A stretch of DNA of 64,000 nt from a virus, in the IMG/VR virus record IMGVR_UViG_3300040959_000769, positions 32,001-96,000 of that record. One strand, given 5' to 3'. Both the position numbers and the translations under genes were made by a program. Shown here piece by piece: positions 43,307 to 52,414 of this stretch (the stretch's first letter is position 1; each line of letters begins with the position of its first letter). The notes beneath the pieces are model-generated. The model was not told where the DNA came from. It saw only the letters and a list, made by a program, of their open reading frames with translations, and made no database searches.

Positions 43307-44611
43307 ATGAGTGACTGGAAAAAAGTCTTAGAATACTTAGAACCAAAAATGTCGGAGTTCTGCCCAGAAGACGCCTCTGTCACTCAAAAAGTTTTCCTTC
43401 GAACCTACGCCCTTGAAGCACTTTTCGGCGGAGCCGCAGGTGGTGGCAAGTCATCCGCCCTTCTGATGGCAGCACTTCAGTACGTTGACGTACCCAACTA
43501 CTCTGCGATCCTGTTCAGGCGCACCTACGCCGACCTGGCTCTCCCCGGAGCAATCATGGACCGTTTTGTATCGTGGATGGCCCCCTACTCTGACGTTCGC
43601 TGGAACAGCAACAACTACACCGCTGTTTTCCCATCTGGTGCTCGCATATCTTTTGGATACCTCAACAACAGCCAAGACTACTTGCGCTACAAAGGTGCCG
43701 AGTTCCAATTCATCGGGATGGACGAGGTTACCGAAATCAGAGAGTCCGATTACCGCTACCTATTCTCTCGTCTCCGTCGCCCAGCGTCTGGTCCACTGTC
43801 TCAGGTTCCTCTCCGCATGCGAGCCGCATCAAACCCAGCCCCCAACTGGGTTAGGCAACGATTCATTGTTGAGGGAAGAGAACACGGTCGCATTTTTGTG
43901 CCGTCCAAGTTGACCGACAACCCAGGCATCGACGCCAGTTCATACCGTCAGTCGCTACAAGCACTGGATCCAGTTGAACGCCGCCGTCTTGAAGAAGGTG
44001 ACTGGTGGACAACCAGTCTCGGAAGTCTCTTTGAAAGAGAATCATTCATCATCATTGACCCGCTAGATGTACCTGAAGTCACCAACGCTGCCCGAGTCGT
44101 ACGTTTCTGGGACTTAGCAGCCACGGAGCCATCTCAATCAAACCCTGACCCTGACTGGACAGTCGGAACACTAATGCTTTTTGACCAAGGCGTTGCATAC
44201 ATCTTGGATGTCAAAAAGGCGCGAGTTAACGGTCACCAAGTGGAGCACCTCATCTCTCAAACAGCCTACGAAGACGGACATGCGGTTGCCATCAGGATGG
44301 AGCAAGAGCCAGGTTCATCAGGCAAAGCCCTACTTGATCAATATGCCCGCTACGTACTTCCAGGATACGACTTCGCTGGCATCCGATCAACTGGCGACAA
44401 AGTCACACGCTCTCGCCCATTCGCCGCAGCGGTAGCAAATGGGAACGTCAGAGTTGTACGTGGATCATGGCTAACAGAATGGTTGGACGAGTTTGCGTCA
44501 TTCCCAGAGGCAGCAAACCACGACGACCAAGTTGACTCCGCCGTAGGAGCATTCACACACCTCACCGGACTAGGATTGCCTCAACGGAAAAGAGCCGCTA
44601 TCATCATCTGA
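43307..44611 (+). CDS. terL: terminase large subunit
   Basis: Walker A GGAAGGGKS, Walker B FIGMDE, ASNP coupling motif, nuclease WDLA...DDQVDS. Confidence 0.93.
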   Translation: MSDWKKVLEYLEPKMSEFCPEDASVTQKVFLRTYALEALFGGAAGGGKSSALLMAALQYVDVPNYSAILFRRTYADLALPGAIMDRFVSWMAPYSDVRWNSNNYTAVFPSGARISFGYLNNSQDYLRYKGAEFQFIGMDEVTEIRESDYRYLFSRLRRPASGPLSQVPLRMRAASNPAPNWVRQRFIVEGREHGRIFVPSKLTDNPGIDASSYRQSLQALDPVERRRLEEGDWWTTSLGSLFERESFIIIDPLDVPEVTNAARVVRFWDLAATEPSQSNPDPDWTVGTLMLFDQGVAYILDVKKARVNGHQVEHLISQTAYEDGHAVAIRMEQEPGSSGKALLDQYARYVLPGYDFAGIRSTGDKVTRSRPFAAAVANGNVRVVRGSWLTEWLDEFASFPEAANHDDQVDSAVGAFTHLTGLGLPQRKRAAIII

Positions 44612-44643
44612 CATACATGTCCACCAATTATTAAGGTGATGAG

Positions 44644-45147
44644 TTGACTACTGAAAATATCCCTAACTGGCTACAAGAACACAAACGTCACGTGATGGCT
44701 CTCTACGATCACGTCAAGGAAGTGAACTCCGAAGACTTTGACCTTGCACAGATGTGCGAGATCTTGGTGTCGTTGAGCATTGTCCGATCAGACATGGGCA
44801 TCATCTTTGAAGAGATGTCCAAGAAAACTCAAGCAGCGATGGCCGAACAGGAGATCGTTGACCTTGATAACGGCTACACCGTTGAACGGCGATGGTCGAA
44901 GCCGAGAAAAGCATGGCAACATGACGAACTAGCAAACGTCGTAGCGTCACGCATTAGCAGATCCGCCATTGACCTAGACACTGGCGAAGTAACCATGTCA
45001 AACGAAGACATGATGAAAGAGATGCTCAAATATGTTCAACCTTCCTACTGGAGGGTCGGCGCTTTGTCTTCTCTTGGAATCCTTGCAGATGAATACTGTG
45101 AAACCGGCGAGCCGGTAGAGAAAATCAACATCCGTAATAACAAGTAG
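44644..45147 (+). CDS. hypothetical protein
   Basis: ORF track; recombination-operon position. Confidence 0.75.
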   Translation: MTTENIPNWLQEHKRHVMALYDHVKEVNSEDFDLAQMCEILVSLSIVRSDMGIIFEEMSKKTQAAMAEQEIVDLDNGYTVERRWSKPRKAWQHDELANVVASRISRSAIDLDTGEVTMSNEDMMKEMLKYVQPSYWRVGALSSLGILADEYCETGEPVEKINIRNNK

Positions 45148-45158
45148 AAAGCAAGAAA

Positions 45159-45833
45159 ATGACTGATTCCAGTAAGCATATCTACGAGAAACTGTCTGAA
45201 CCTTTTCCCGAGGAAATGGAAAAGACACTCAGCAAGGGCGGAGCACGCCTCACCTACATTCCTGTATCCGAAGTCATCACACGCTTGAATCGCGTGTTGG
45301 GTGTGGAGAACTGGAACAGCACAATTGTTTCCTGCTACCGCGATCAACTAGATCCCGACTACATCGTCGCCCACGTCCGGGTTGATGCCGTCATCGGTGG
45401 CCGAGTCGTGGAGAAGGACGGCATCGGTGGTCAAAAGATCAAGCGAACCAAAAGCGGTGACATCGTAGATCTCGGCGACGAAATGAAAGGTGCCGTATCT
45501 GATGCTTTGAAGAAAGCAGTTCAACAGTTCGGCGTCGGCTTGTATTTGGCTCGCGACATTGACGCCATTGAGCTTGAGTACGCTCAAGATGAAGCAGAAC
45601 AACAGCCCGCCGTCAACCCCAAGTACGAAGAGTTCCTGAAGTATCGCAACGAGTTTGATGACGACCAGGTCAGTCAGATCCGAGAATTCTGGAACGACTA
45701 CAGCGGGGGCAAGCCTGTACCTAAGGCGCATGAGTTCACCGAAGAGCAACTTGACGCTCTTCTCGTTGAGTGCATCCGCATAGCGTTTGATGCAAAAATC
45801 ATCATTCGAGGTGAGGAAGAGTCAGAGGCGTGA
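45159..45833 (+). CDS. Rad52/Sak-like single-strand annealing protein
   Basis: YIPVSEVITRLNRVLG..NW...KGAVSDALKKA...FGVGLYL. Confidence 0.85.
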   Translation: MTDSSKHIYEKLSEPFPEEMEKTLSKGGARLTYIPVSEVITRLNRVLGVENWNSTIVSCYRDQLDPDYIVAHVRVDAVIGGRVVEKDGIGGQKIKRTKSGDIVDLGDEMKGAVSDALKKAVQQFGVGLYLARDIDAIELEYAQDEAEQQPAVNPKYEEFLKYRNEFDDDQVSQIREFWNDYSGGKPVPKAHEFTEEQLDALLVECIRIAFDAKIIIRGEEESEA

Positions 45834-46588
45834 CATTCACCCCTCCCCCTCATCTCTCCCCTTCTTCAATAGGTACTTGGAAGCAGTGTCCACTGAAATT
45901 CAAGTATCAAAAGATTGACGGTCTCAGAGAACCTCCGACAGAAGCAACCCTGATGGGAAACTTCGTCCACGAGGTCTTTGAAGAACTGTATGCAACTGAC
46001 CCCGATGACAGGACGCTTGACACAGCGCGCATGCTGTCACGGAAGTTATGGAACGAAAAGTACGAAGAAGAAGTTGCGTTCATCCTCAGTAAGGACAAGC
46101 ACAACACCTTCCGGTGGAATTCTTGGTTTTGCATTGAAAATCTCTGGGGCATTGAAGAACCCACCGAGACGACAGTTGATGAGATCGAACTTGAACTCAA
46201 CGGAAAACTAGGAGGAGTTCAACTTAAAGGTTTCATTGACCGGCTGTGCTTTGACGATGATGGTTCAATCATTATCGGCGACTACAAGACAGGAAAAGTT
46301 CCTGCACCGAAATGGGAAGACGACAAATTCTCACAGTTGTTTATTTATGCTGCGCTTTGCCGTGAGTTAGAAATAGGTGAAGCAAAACGTCTAGACCTTA
46401 TCTATCTGAAAGCACCGAAAGTAATCAGTAGAAAAGTAACAGACGACAAAATTGAAGCAATCACGGCTGATGTCGTGCAAGTAAAGAAAGAAATAGATGA
46501 GTCCTGTAACAACGAACAATTTGAAGCACGAAAAGCGTTCCTATGCAACTGGTGTTACTTCAAGAAGCAGTGCCCTGCGTGGAGGTGA
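45830..46588 (+). CDS. RecB-family PD-(D/E)XK exonuclease
   Basis: HLSPSS..TWKQCP, GFIDRL, IGDYKTG, QLFIYA, LCNWC...CP Fe-S cysteines. Confidence 0.88.
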   Translation: MTFTPPPHLSPSSIGTWKQCPLKFKYQKIDGLREPPTEATLMGNFVHEVFEELYATDPDDRTLDTARMLSRKLWNEKYEEEVAFILSKDKHNTFRWNSWFCIENLWGIEEPTETTVDEIELELNGKLGGVQLKGFIDRLCFDDDGSIIIGDYKTGKVPAPKWEDDKFSQLFIYAALCRELEIGEAKRLDLIYLKAPKVISRKVTDDKIEAITADVVQVKKEIDESCNNEQFEARKAFLCNWCYFKKQCPAWR

Positions 46589-46589
46589 A

Positions 46590-47099
46590 ATGAAAACCCT
46601 CACTGACGACGCATTCGCTAAGTTTGTTGCTGAAGAGGTCAAGAACCGAGTAAGCGCAGACGTACGGGAAACTCTTTTCCAGCAGGAAAACTGGGATCGC
46701 TGGGAGCGCGCTCTCATTGCCCTAGTCCAGAACCTTGAGAGTCAACTTGAACGCATTCAGGCGGACATTGACTCGGATACCGAAAGGTACTCAGCGATTG
46801 ACGGCGGCGAAGCTTTGCTTAGCGAAGCGCTTGCGTATTACGAGAAGCAAACAAAGAAGATTGAGCGCTTCAAGTTCCACGTCAACTCGCGCCTAACCCA
46901 AGTCAGCAAAATGATCGTGACAGGCGCACGATTTGAAGATGACATGGCAAAGCAAATCATCATGCTAAAAAATGGCATTAAGCGACACCGAGAAATGCTT
47001 GAAGAGCACGACTTGGAAGACACAGCAATTGACCGGGCTCTCTGGGATCTCCTGGATGGCAAATGGACATTCGACTCAATTAAAGAAAGTGACATCTGA
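46590..47099 (+). CDS. hypothetical coiled-coil protein
   Basis: GGAGG RBS, ATG 46590. Confidence 0.75.
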   Translation: MKTLTDDAFAKFVAEEVKNRVSADVRETLFQQENWDRWERALIALVQNLESQLERIQADIDSDTERYSAIDGGEALLSEALAYYEKQTKKIERFKFHVNSRLTQVSKMIVTGARFEDDMAKQIIMLKNGIKRHREMLEEHDLEDTAIDRALWDLLDGKWTFDSIKESDI

Positions 47100-47100
47100 A

Positions 47101-47265
47101 ATGACTGAACCAACTAAGCACAGCCGAACCGGCTACGTACGAGGATGCCGTTGCGAAATCTGCGTTGACGCAAATAACCAGTATCAGAAGGAATACATGC
47201 GTCAGTGGCGTATTCGGAAACGGACACAACGTCGAGCATTAGCCGAGACTCCTGCTACTCAATGA
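47101..47265 (+). CDS. small GCRCxxC zinc-binding protein
   Basis: HSRTGYVRGCRCEIC motif. Confidence 0.6.
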   Translation: MTEPTKHSRTGYVRGCRCEICVDANNQYQKEYMRQWRIRKRTQRRALAETPATQ

Positions 47266-47624
47266 AAAGGCGCAAACCGCTTCAGCAGAAAACTCCCCTG
47301 AAACGGTCTGGCAAACTGAATCAACGCTCCGCAAAAACAAAAAAAGTTTACGAGGAGCGACGACCTCTAGTACAACGACTGTTGCAAGAGCGTCCGGTTT
47401 GTGAAGCGTGCAGAGTTTTCGCTGTCCACGACGGCAAAGTCACGTACGTCTCAAACGCCAGCGTAGACATACACGAAATAGTACGAAGGAGCCAAGGTGG
47501 TTCGATTCTTGAAGAAGACAATCTTATGGCTGTGTGCCGCCCTTGCCATCGGCGTATTGGGGATTATCCTGCGCTGGCTTTCTCGCTAGGTTTAGCGAAA
47601 CGGAGTTGGGAAAATGAGCAGTAA
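47262..47624 (+). CDS. HNH endonuclease-like protein
   Basis: CEAC...DIHE..RRSQGG...NLMAVCRPCH. Confidence 0.8.
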   Translation: MKRRKPLQQKTPLKRSGKLNQRSAKTKKVYEERRPLVQRLLQERPVCEACRVFAVHDGKVTYVSNASVDIHEIVRRSQGGSILEEDNLMAVCRPCHRRIGDYPALAFSLGLAKRSWENEQ

Positions 47625-48144
47625 GCCAATTGCTGGTGTTGATCTGTCGTTGACTTCCACGGGTCTGTCCTGCGGAGACGACCGCACAGTAATTAACTCC
47701 AAACTCAAAGAAACGGCAAGATTATTTGAGATACAGTCATATTTCAGAACATGGATAAGCAGCAACGACTTTCCATTTTGTGTGATTGAGGGCTACTCGT
47801 TTGCAAGCAAAAATTCGCAGGCACACAAAATTGGTGAACTGGGCGGAGTTATTCGTTTGCAATTACATATGTTAGGAGTTGGGTATGTCGAAGTACCACC
47901 AACAGTTCGGGCAAAGTTTGCAACAGGGAAAGGTAACGCCAGCAAAAACGAAGTTGTTTCAGCAGTATCGGCAAGAACAGGAATCGTTTGGAGCGGAGCA
48001 GGAGCAGACGACCTTTGCGACGCATTCATCCTTGAGGAGATGGGGCGTACCGTCGTCGGTGATAACCGATACGACTGGCCATCCGAAAACAAGAAAGCCC
48101 TTGACAAAATCAACTGGTCAGAATTGGAGAAATACTATGGCTAG
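47614..48144 (+). CDS. RuvC-like Holliday junction resolvase
   Basis: GVDLSLTSTG, VIEGYSF, KFATGKGNASK, DDLCDA. Confidence 0.85.
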   Translation: MSSKPIAGVDLSLTSTGLSCGDDRTVINSKLKETARLFEIQSYFRTWISSNDFPFCVIEGYSFASKNSQAHKIGELGGVIRLQLHMLGVGYVEVPPTVRAKFATGKGNASKNEVVSAVSARTGIVWSGAGADDLCDAFILEEMGRTVVGDNRYDWPSENKKALDKINWSELEKYYG

Positions 48145-48475
48145 AAATGCGCCAATTAGTCAAGTGGAGATTGAGCAGGAAATAATCCGGCTCACATCAA
48201 TGCTTGAAGACGAAACGGAAACCTTTGAAGCTCTTGCAGTTGACGCAGCGGAAAAAGAAGCCAATTATAAAAACCTATGGGCAAGAGAGTACCTGTCGGC
48301 TAAAGGTTCAATCAAAGAACGCGAAGCCTGGTCTGACTACAAGTTGGAAGCAGAAATACATCAGCACAAGATCGCAGAAGCCCTAGTGAAGGCTAAACGT
48401 GAACGGCTGTCCTCTTTGCGAACCTCGATTGACGCTTTGCGTACACTGGCAGCAAATGTGAGGGCGCAAACCTGA
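48137..48475 (+). CDS. hypothetical helical protein
   Basis: GGAG RBS; ORF track (3' part of 47879-48475). Confidence 0.7.
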   Translation: MARNAPISQVEIEQEIIRLTSMLEDETETFEALAVDAAEKEANYKNLWAREYLSAKGSIKEREAWSDYKLEAEIHQHKIAEALVKAKRERLSSLRTSIDALRTLAANVRAQT

Positions 48476-48565
48476 CAATGATTCAGGTCAAAGAAGTTAA
48501 CCTCATCAACCTCAACGCCTACTGGAGCGTCTACCACGCCCGCCCTACTCTTGAAATTGACTGAC

Positions 48566-49066
48566 ATGAACCATGATATTGTCACTGACGTGAACCGTCG
48601 TGAGATCAAATGGCTTCAAGTATTGCCTGAGATTGCGGCGACGTTCTCGACTTGCGCTAAAAGGCAATATGGTGCGGTGATCCTGAACGAAGAAGGCAGG
48701 GTTCTTGGATTCGGTTACAACGGTTCCCCACCCGGAATGAAGCATTGCAATGAAGGGCACTGCCCCCGACTTCATGAACAGTCACCGAATGGAGCGGTCT
48801 ACGACAACTGCATTGCTCAACATGCGGAAGCGAACGCATTACTGTGGAGTGACCCTGCTCAAAGAAAAGACGCGACACTGATCGTGAATGGTCCCCCCTG
48901 TTTCGGATGCGCAAAGCAAATTGCGTCAAGTGGGATAAAAAGGGTGGTCTGCTTTTCGGACGACAGTTATGAGGACTGGTTTACCGTTAGGCAATTTTTA
49001 CTTTCCGCAGGCATAAAAGTAATTGAAGTAAATAAAGAAGTGGTATTGAACAATGGAAAAAATTGA
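48566..49066 (+). CDS. dCMP/cytidine deaminase family protein
   Basis: GYNG, HAEANA, PPCFGC zinc motifs. Confidence 0.9.
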   Translation: MNHDIVTDVNRREIKWLQVLPEIAATFSTCAKRQYGAVILNEEGRVLGFGYNGSPPGMKHCNEGHCPRLHEQSPNGAVYDNCIAQHAEANALLWSDPAQRKDATLIVNGPPCFGCAKQIASSGIKRVVCFSDDSYEDWFTVRQFLLSAGIKVIEVNKEVVLNNGKN

Positions 49067-49847
49067 CAAGTCTCTAAAAAACCTTTTGGTCAACCTTGAT
49101 GACCTGGTTCCACTTGATGGCAATCCACGTAAAGGCAACGTAGACGCCATCATGGCTTCCTACGAACAGTTCGGACAGGTCAAGCCCGTTGTCGTTCGTC
49201 CCAATGACGACTCCACATACACCGTCATTGCTGGAAACCATCAAGTCGAAGCAGCACGACGCTTAGGATGGAGCAAAATCGCAGCAGTACAAATGAAAGT
49301 TGATGAATCAACTGCTGTCGCATTCGCTCTTGCCGACAACCGCACCACAGAGATGGGTCATACGGATCCTGAACTTCTGAACGAACTGTTGAGCGAAGTT
49401 GTTTCTGATTTCTCCGACTTGTGGGACGGTTTGGGTTGGGACGAATTTGAACTAGCGGCTCTTGACGAACAGGCGGCACGTCTGACAGCAATTTCTGAAG
49501 AGGAATCTGGCTACATCGCTCCTGTCATCATTAATCCCGAACTTGAGGAACCAGAACGCGACAAGCAAGCAAACCTCACCCCAACTGTTGACAATAGTTC
49601 TGGGGAGAGTAGACTTGTCCCATCTGGGGAAGTTGACCAGAAAGAAGCAGTAGTAAGCGGCAGCACTGCAATTGGGCAATCAGGCTCAAGCAAAGCAGTC
49701 GTTCAATACACGCTTGTTTTTGATGACCCAGATCAACAAAGAAAATGGTACTCGTTTATTAGATGGCTGAGGATGGATCCAGGTTATGACGGATCCACAA
49801 CGGCTGAAAGGCTCATGAGCTTCATTGATGCTCACTCAAACTTTTAA
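49053..49847 (+). CDS. ParB N-terminal domain protein
   Basis: NPRKG...FGQVKPVVV...VIAGNHQ...ADNRT. Confidence 0.85.
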   Translation: MEKIDKSLKNLLVNLDDLVPLDGNPRKGNVDAIMASYEQFGQVKPVVVRPNDDSTYTVIAGNHQVEAARRLGWSKIAAVQMKVDESTAVAFALADNRTTEMGHTDPELLNELLSEVVSDFSDLWDGLGWDEFELAALDEQAARLTAISEEESGYIAPVIINPELEEPERDKQANLTPTVDNSSGESRLVPSGEVDQKEAVVSGSTAIGQSGSSKAVVQYTLVFDDPDQQRKWYSFIRWLRMDPGYDGSTTAERLMSFIDAHSNF

Positions 49848-49849
49848 CT

Positions 49850-50449
49850 ATGGCTAACACAAGACCCAAATCACCACATGGAACTCACAGCAGATACTCA
49901 GGTGGTTGTAGATGCGACGAATGTAGAGAAGGTCACCGGATCTACATTCGTGAACGTAAGCGGAAAATCAGCAGAGCGAAGCAAGGAACCGGACCTCCCG
50001 TAGAACCTCGTTTAATTTCAGCGGAAGGTTCCCGTAGACACATCAACTACCTGAGAGAACATGGAATTGGGTATCGAGCAATTGAACAAAAGATGGGTTT
50101 CTCTCGGGCGAACCTATCGAAGATCGCAAACGGACAACAGAAAAAAGTTCTCCCCAGCACGGAGCAAAAACTTCTAGCGATCACAGCCGACTCGTACTCC
50201 AAGGATCACACTGTTCCTTCTGACTACGCCAAAGAAGTTGCCCAGGAAATATTTGACGCCGGTTACACACTCAGGCAGATAAACGAAATTCTCGGCAACA
50301 AAATGCCACACCAAAAACTGGTAAACGGAAAACGAATCCGCCTCAAGCAAGAACGTAAGATTGAGGCGCTCCACTTCTATTTGCTCCGTAGGCCAATCAA
50401 AGCAGAGAAGCCGAAGGGTTCACGCAGGAAGGGATACTACGCAATATGA
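49850..50449 (+). CDS. GCRCxxC plus HTH DNA-binding protein
   Basis: HGTHSRYSGGCRCDEC; HTH-like IGYRAIEQKMGFSRANLSKI. Confidence 0.7.
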   Translation: MANTRPKSPHGTHSRYSGGCRCDECREGHRIYIRERKRKISRAKQGTGPPVEPRLISAEGSRRHINYLREHGIGYRAIEQKMGFSRANLSKIANGQQKKVLPSTEQKLLAITADSYSKDHTVPSDYAKEVAQEIFDAGYTLRQINEILGNKMPHQKLVNGKRIRLKQERKIEALHFYLLRRPIKAEKPKGSRRKGYYAI

Positions 50450-51615
50450 CACGCCAACGAATGTTTCTTGACATGACATGTGTTGACGCTGCACGCGAGC
50501 GTATCCGACACGTCTACGACACCTTTGACACAGTATGCGTCCAGTTTTCAGGAGGCAAAGATTCAACTGCCGTCCTGTACCTAGCGAAAGAAATCCACGA
50601 AGAACGAAACCTCGGACCAGTCAAAGTCATCTTCAGAGATGAAGAAATGGTCTCACCCGTGGTGGTTAAATATCTTGAAGAAGTAAGAAATTACGACTGG
50701 GTGGACATGGAGTGGTACTGCTTGCCACAGGGTCAAGAGATCTGGGTTCTAGGTCGAAGAGAGTACTGCTTGCTTTGGTCAGAAAAACGCGCAAAAGAAG
50801 GTCGCCTGTACCGGGAGATGCCGGATTGGGCTATCCGCGCAGAACACTTCGGTCTGGATCCGAGTAAAACCATCACTCAATCAATTGACTACTACACGAT
50901 GCAGGGGAAGAAGGGAAGAACCGCATTCCTCACTGGTGTTCGTGCGAATGAGTCCATGATTAGGTACAGGTCATGTGTTCAGAAACTCCACGAAAACTAC
51001 ATCAACATCCCTTACAGGATGAAAAAATCAATACCGCTTCGGTTCGCCAAAATCATTTATGACTGGACTACAGATGATGTGTTGAAATTCATCAGTGAAG
51101 AACACAATGCTTCCTACTGCGAATACTACGACCTTGCTGCGATCACCAAATCAAATACTCGTGTTGGTATCCCTCTGCATGCAGTAGCAATCCGGCGGAT
51201 AGGCGATGTGGTCGCCACCGAGCCCGAATTCTACGACCGGCTATACGAATGCTTCCCGCAAATTGACACGCAACGTCGCTGGTGGCCAGAGTTTGACATT
51301 GAGAACATGATAAAAACGTATGCAACTCTCGGGTGGGAGGGCGTCAAGTTATGCATTGACGACAACATGCTCACGCCAGGCATCAGGAAACGAGCTTTAG
51401 CGTTTTCTGCCGAATTTAGAAAGAAGCACACAAAGGATCCGTACTCGTATCCGATCTCTTGGCTGATTCGCAACCTGCTTCTCAACGAGTTCAACATCTC
51501 ATCAGTGAGCCCTGTTGGACCAAAAACTCGAGCCCATACCGTACGAATCGCAGAAGAGGAAGCCAACGAACTCGCAGCCTTGGATGCACTTGACTATCAG
51601 GATGACAGCCGATGA
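50446..51615 (+). CDS. ibrA: PAPS-reductase-family protein (IbrA/YbdN-like)
   Basis: PP-loop FSGGKDS, FRDEE, GVRANES, IYDW..DDV. Confidence 0.8.
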   Translation: MTRQRMFLDMTCVDAARERIRHVYDTFDTVCVQFSGGKDSTAVLYLAKEIHEERNLGPVKVIFRDEEMVSPVVVKYLEEVRNYDWVDMEWYCLPQGQEIWVLGRREYCLLWSEKRAKEGRLYREMPDWAIRAEHFGLDPSKTITQSIDYYTMQGKKGRTAFLTGVRANESMIRYRSCVQKLHENYINIPYRMKKSIPLRFAKIIYDWTTDDVLKFISEEHNASYCEYYDLAAITKSNTRVGIPLHAVAIRRIGDVVATEPEFYDRLYECFPQIDTQRRWWPEFDIENMIKTYATLGWEGVKLCIDDNMLTPGIRKRALAFSAEFRKKHTKDPYSYPISWLIRNLLLNEFNISSVSPVGPKTRAHTVRIAEEEANELAALDALDYQDDSR

Positions 51616-52169
51616 ATATGTTAGAAATTCAATGGGTTAACGGACAAGACCTTAACGCCGCAGAGTGGCGAGCAAACTACGTTTTGCAACCAGATCTTCG
51701 CGTGCTCTACCAAAGCATGAAAGATTACGGCTGGATCCAACCAATCATTGTCCAAAAGAAAACCAACGTGATCATTGACGGTCACTACAGGTGGGAAATT
51801 GCTGGCTCCCTGAAACCGTTTGAAAAGAAATACAAGTCCCTTGTACCCGTGGTCTACGAAGACTGTAGTGACACAGAGGCAATGATGATGCACCTGCGAC
51901 TCAACAGGGGTCGGGGGTCTGTTGCAGGCAAACAGATGGCACGAATCATCAGAAAAGTAAAAATGTCACGCAAGTACGATGAAAAAGATTTCAAGCGTTT
52001 ACTTGCAATGCACTATGACGAAATTGACATTATGGTTGATGGAACCCTTCTGAAGAGTAGGAATATCGCTGATCACAAGTATTCAAACGCTTGGATACCA
52101 GTTGAAGCGCCCGCAGATGCAACCGAAACGGCATCAATTATTGAACGCCCACCAAATGCGGATAGATGA
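51612..52169 (+). CDS. ibrB: ParB-like protein (IbrB/YbdM-like)
   Basis: GWIQPII...IIDGHYR...HLRLNRGRG; coupled to ibrA-like gene. Confidence 0.78.
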   Translation: MNMLEIQWVNGQDLNAAEWRANYVLQPDLRVLYQSMKDYGWIQPIIVQKKTNVIIDGHYRWEIAGSLKPFEKKYKSLVPVVYEDCSDTEAMMMHLRLNRGRGSVAGKQMARIIRKVKMSRKYDEKDFKRLLAMHYDEIDIMVDGTLLKSRNIADHKYSNAWIPVEAPADATETASIIERPPNADR

Positions 52170-52184
52170 TAAAATTTAGAAGTT

Positions 52185-52373
52185 ATGCCAACTCCATCCT
52201 TTTTACCTGACGAAGAAGTAAGCCCAGGAGATCGACGTCGTCGTCCTTCTTGGTGGCGTCGTGCCCTTGCAGCACTTCTGCGTTCACTTGGCAGAACAAG
52301 TCGCCCAGGTCAGTTCCGAGATCTCGCCCCCCGCAGATTCGGCGGTGCAGGTCGCGGTGGCGACGAAATCTGA
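52185..52373 (+). CDS. small Arg-rich protein
   Basis: ORF track; RRRRPSWWRR. Confidence 0.55.
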   Translation: MPTPSFLPDEEVSPGDRRRRPSWWRRALAALLRSLGRTSRPGQFRDLAPRRFGGAGRGGDEI

Positions 52374-52414
52374 TGCTAAGGTGATTTGATACTCGCACCT
52401 GAAAGCATTGGTTA

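Noticed and set aside
45830-46588. Cas4 / CRISPR-associated nuclease
   Set aside because: RecB-type nuclease next to a Sak-like annealase is the usual phage recombination pair; no array present.
48478-48564. 28-aa ORF MIQVKEVNLINLNAYWSVYHARPTLEID as a ParB-like remnant
   Set aside because: Similarity to the IbrB-like N-terminus is too weak to support by eye.
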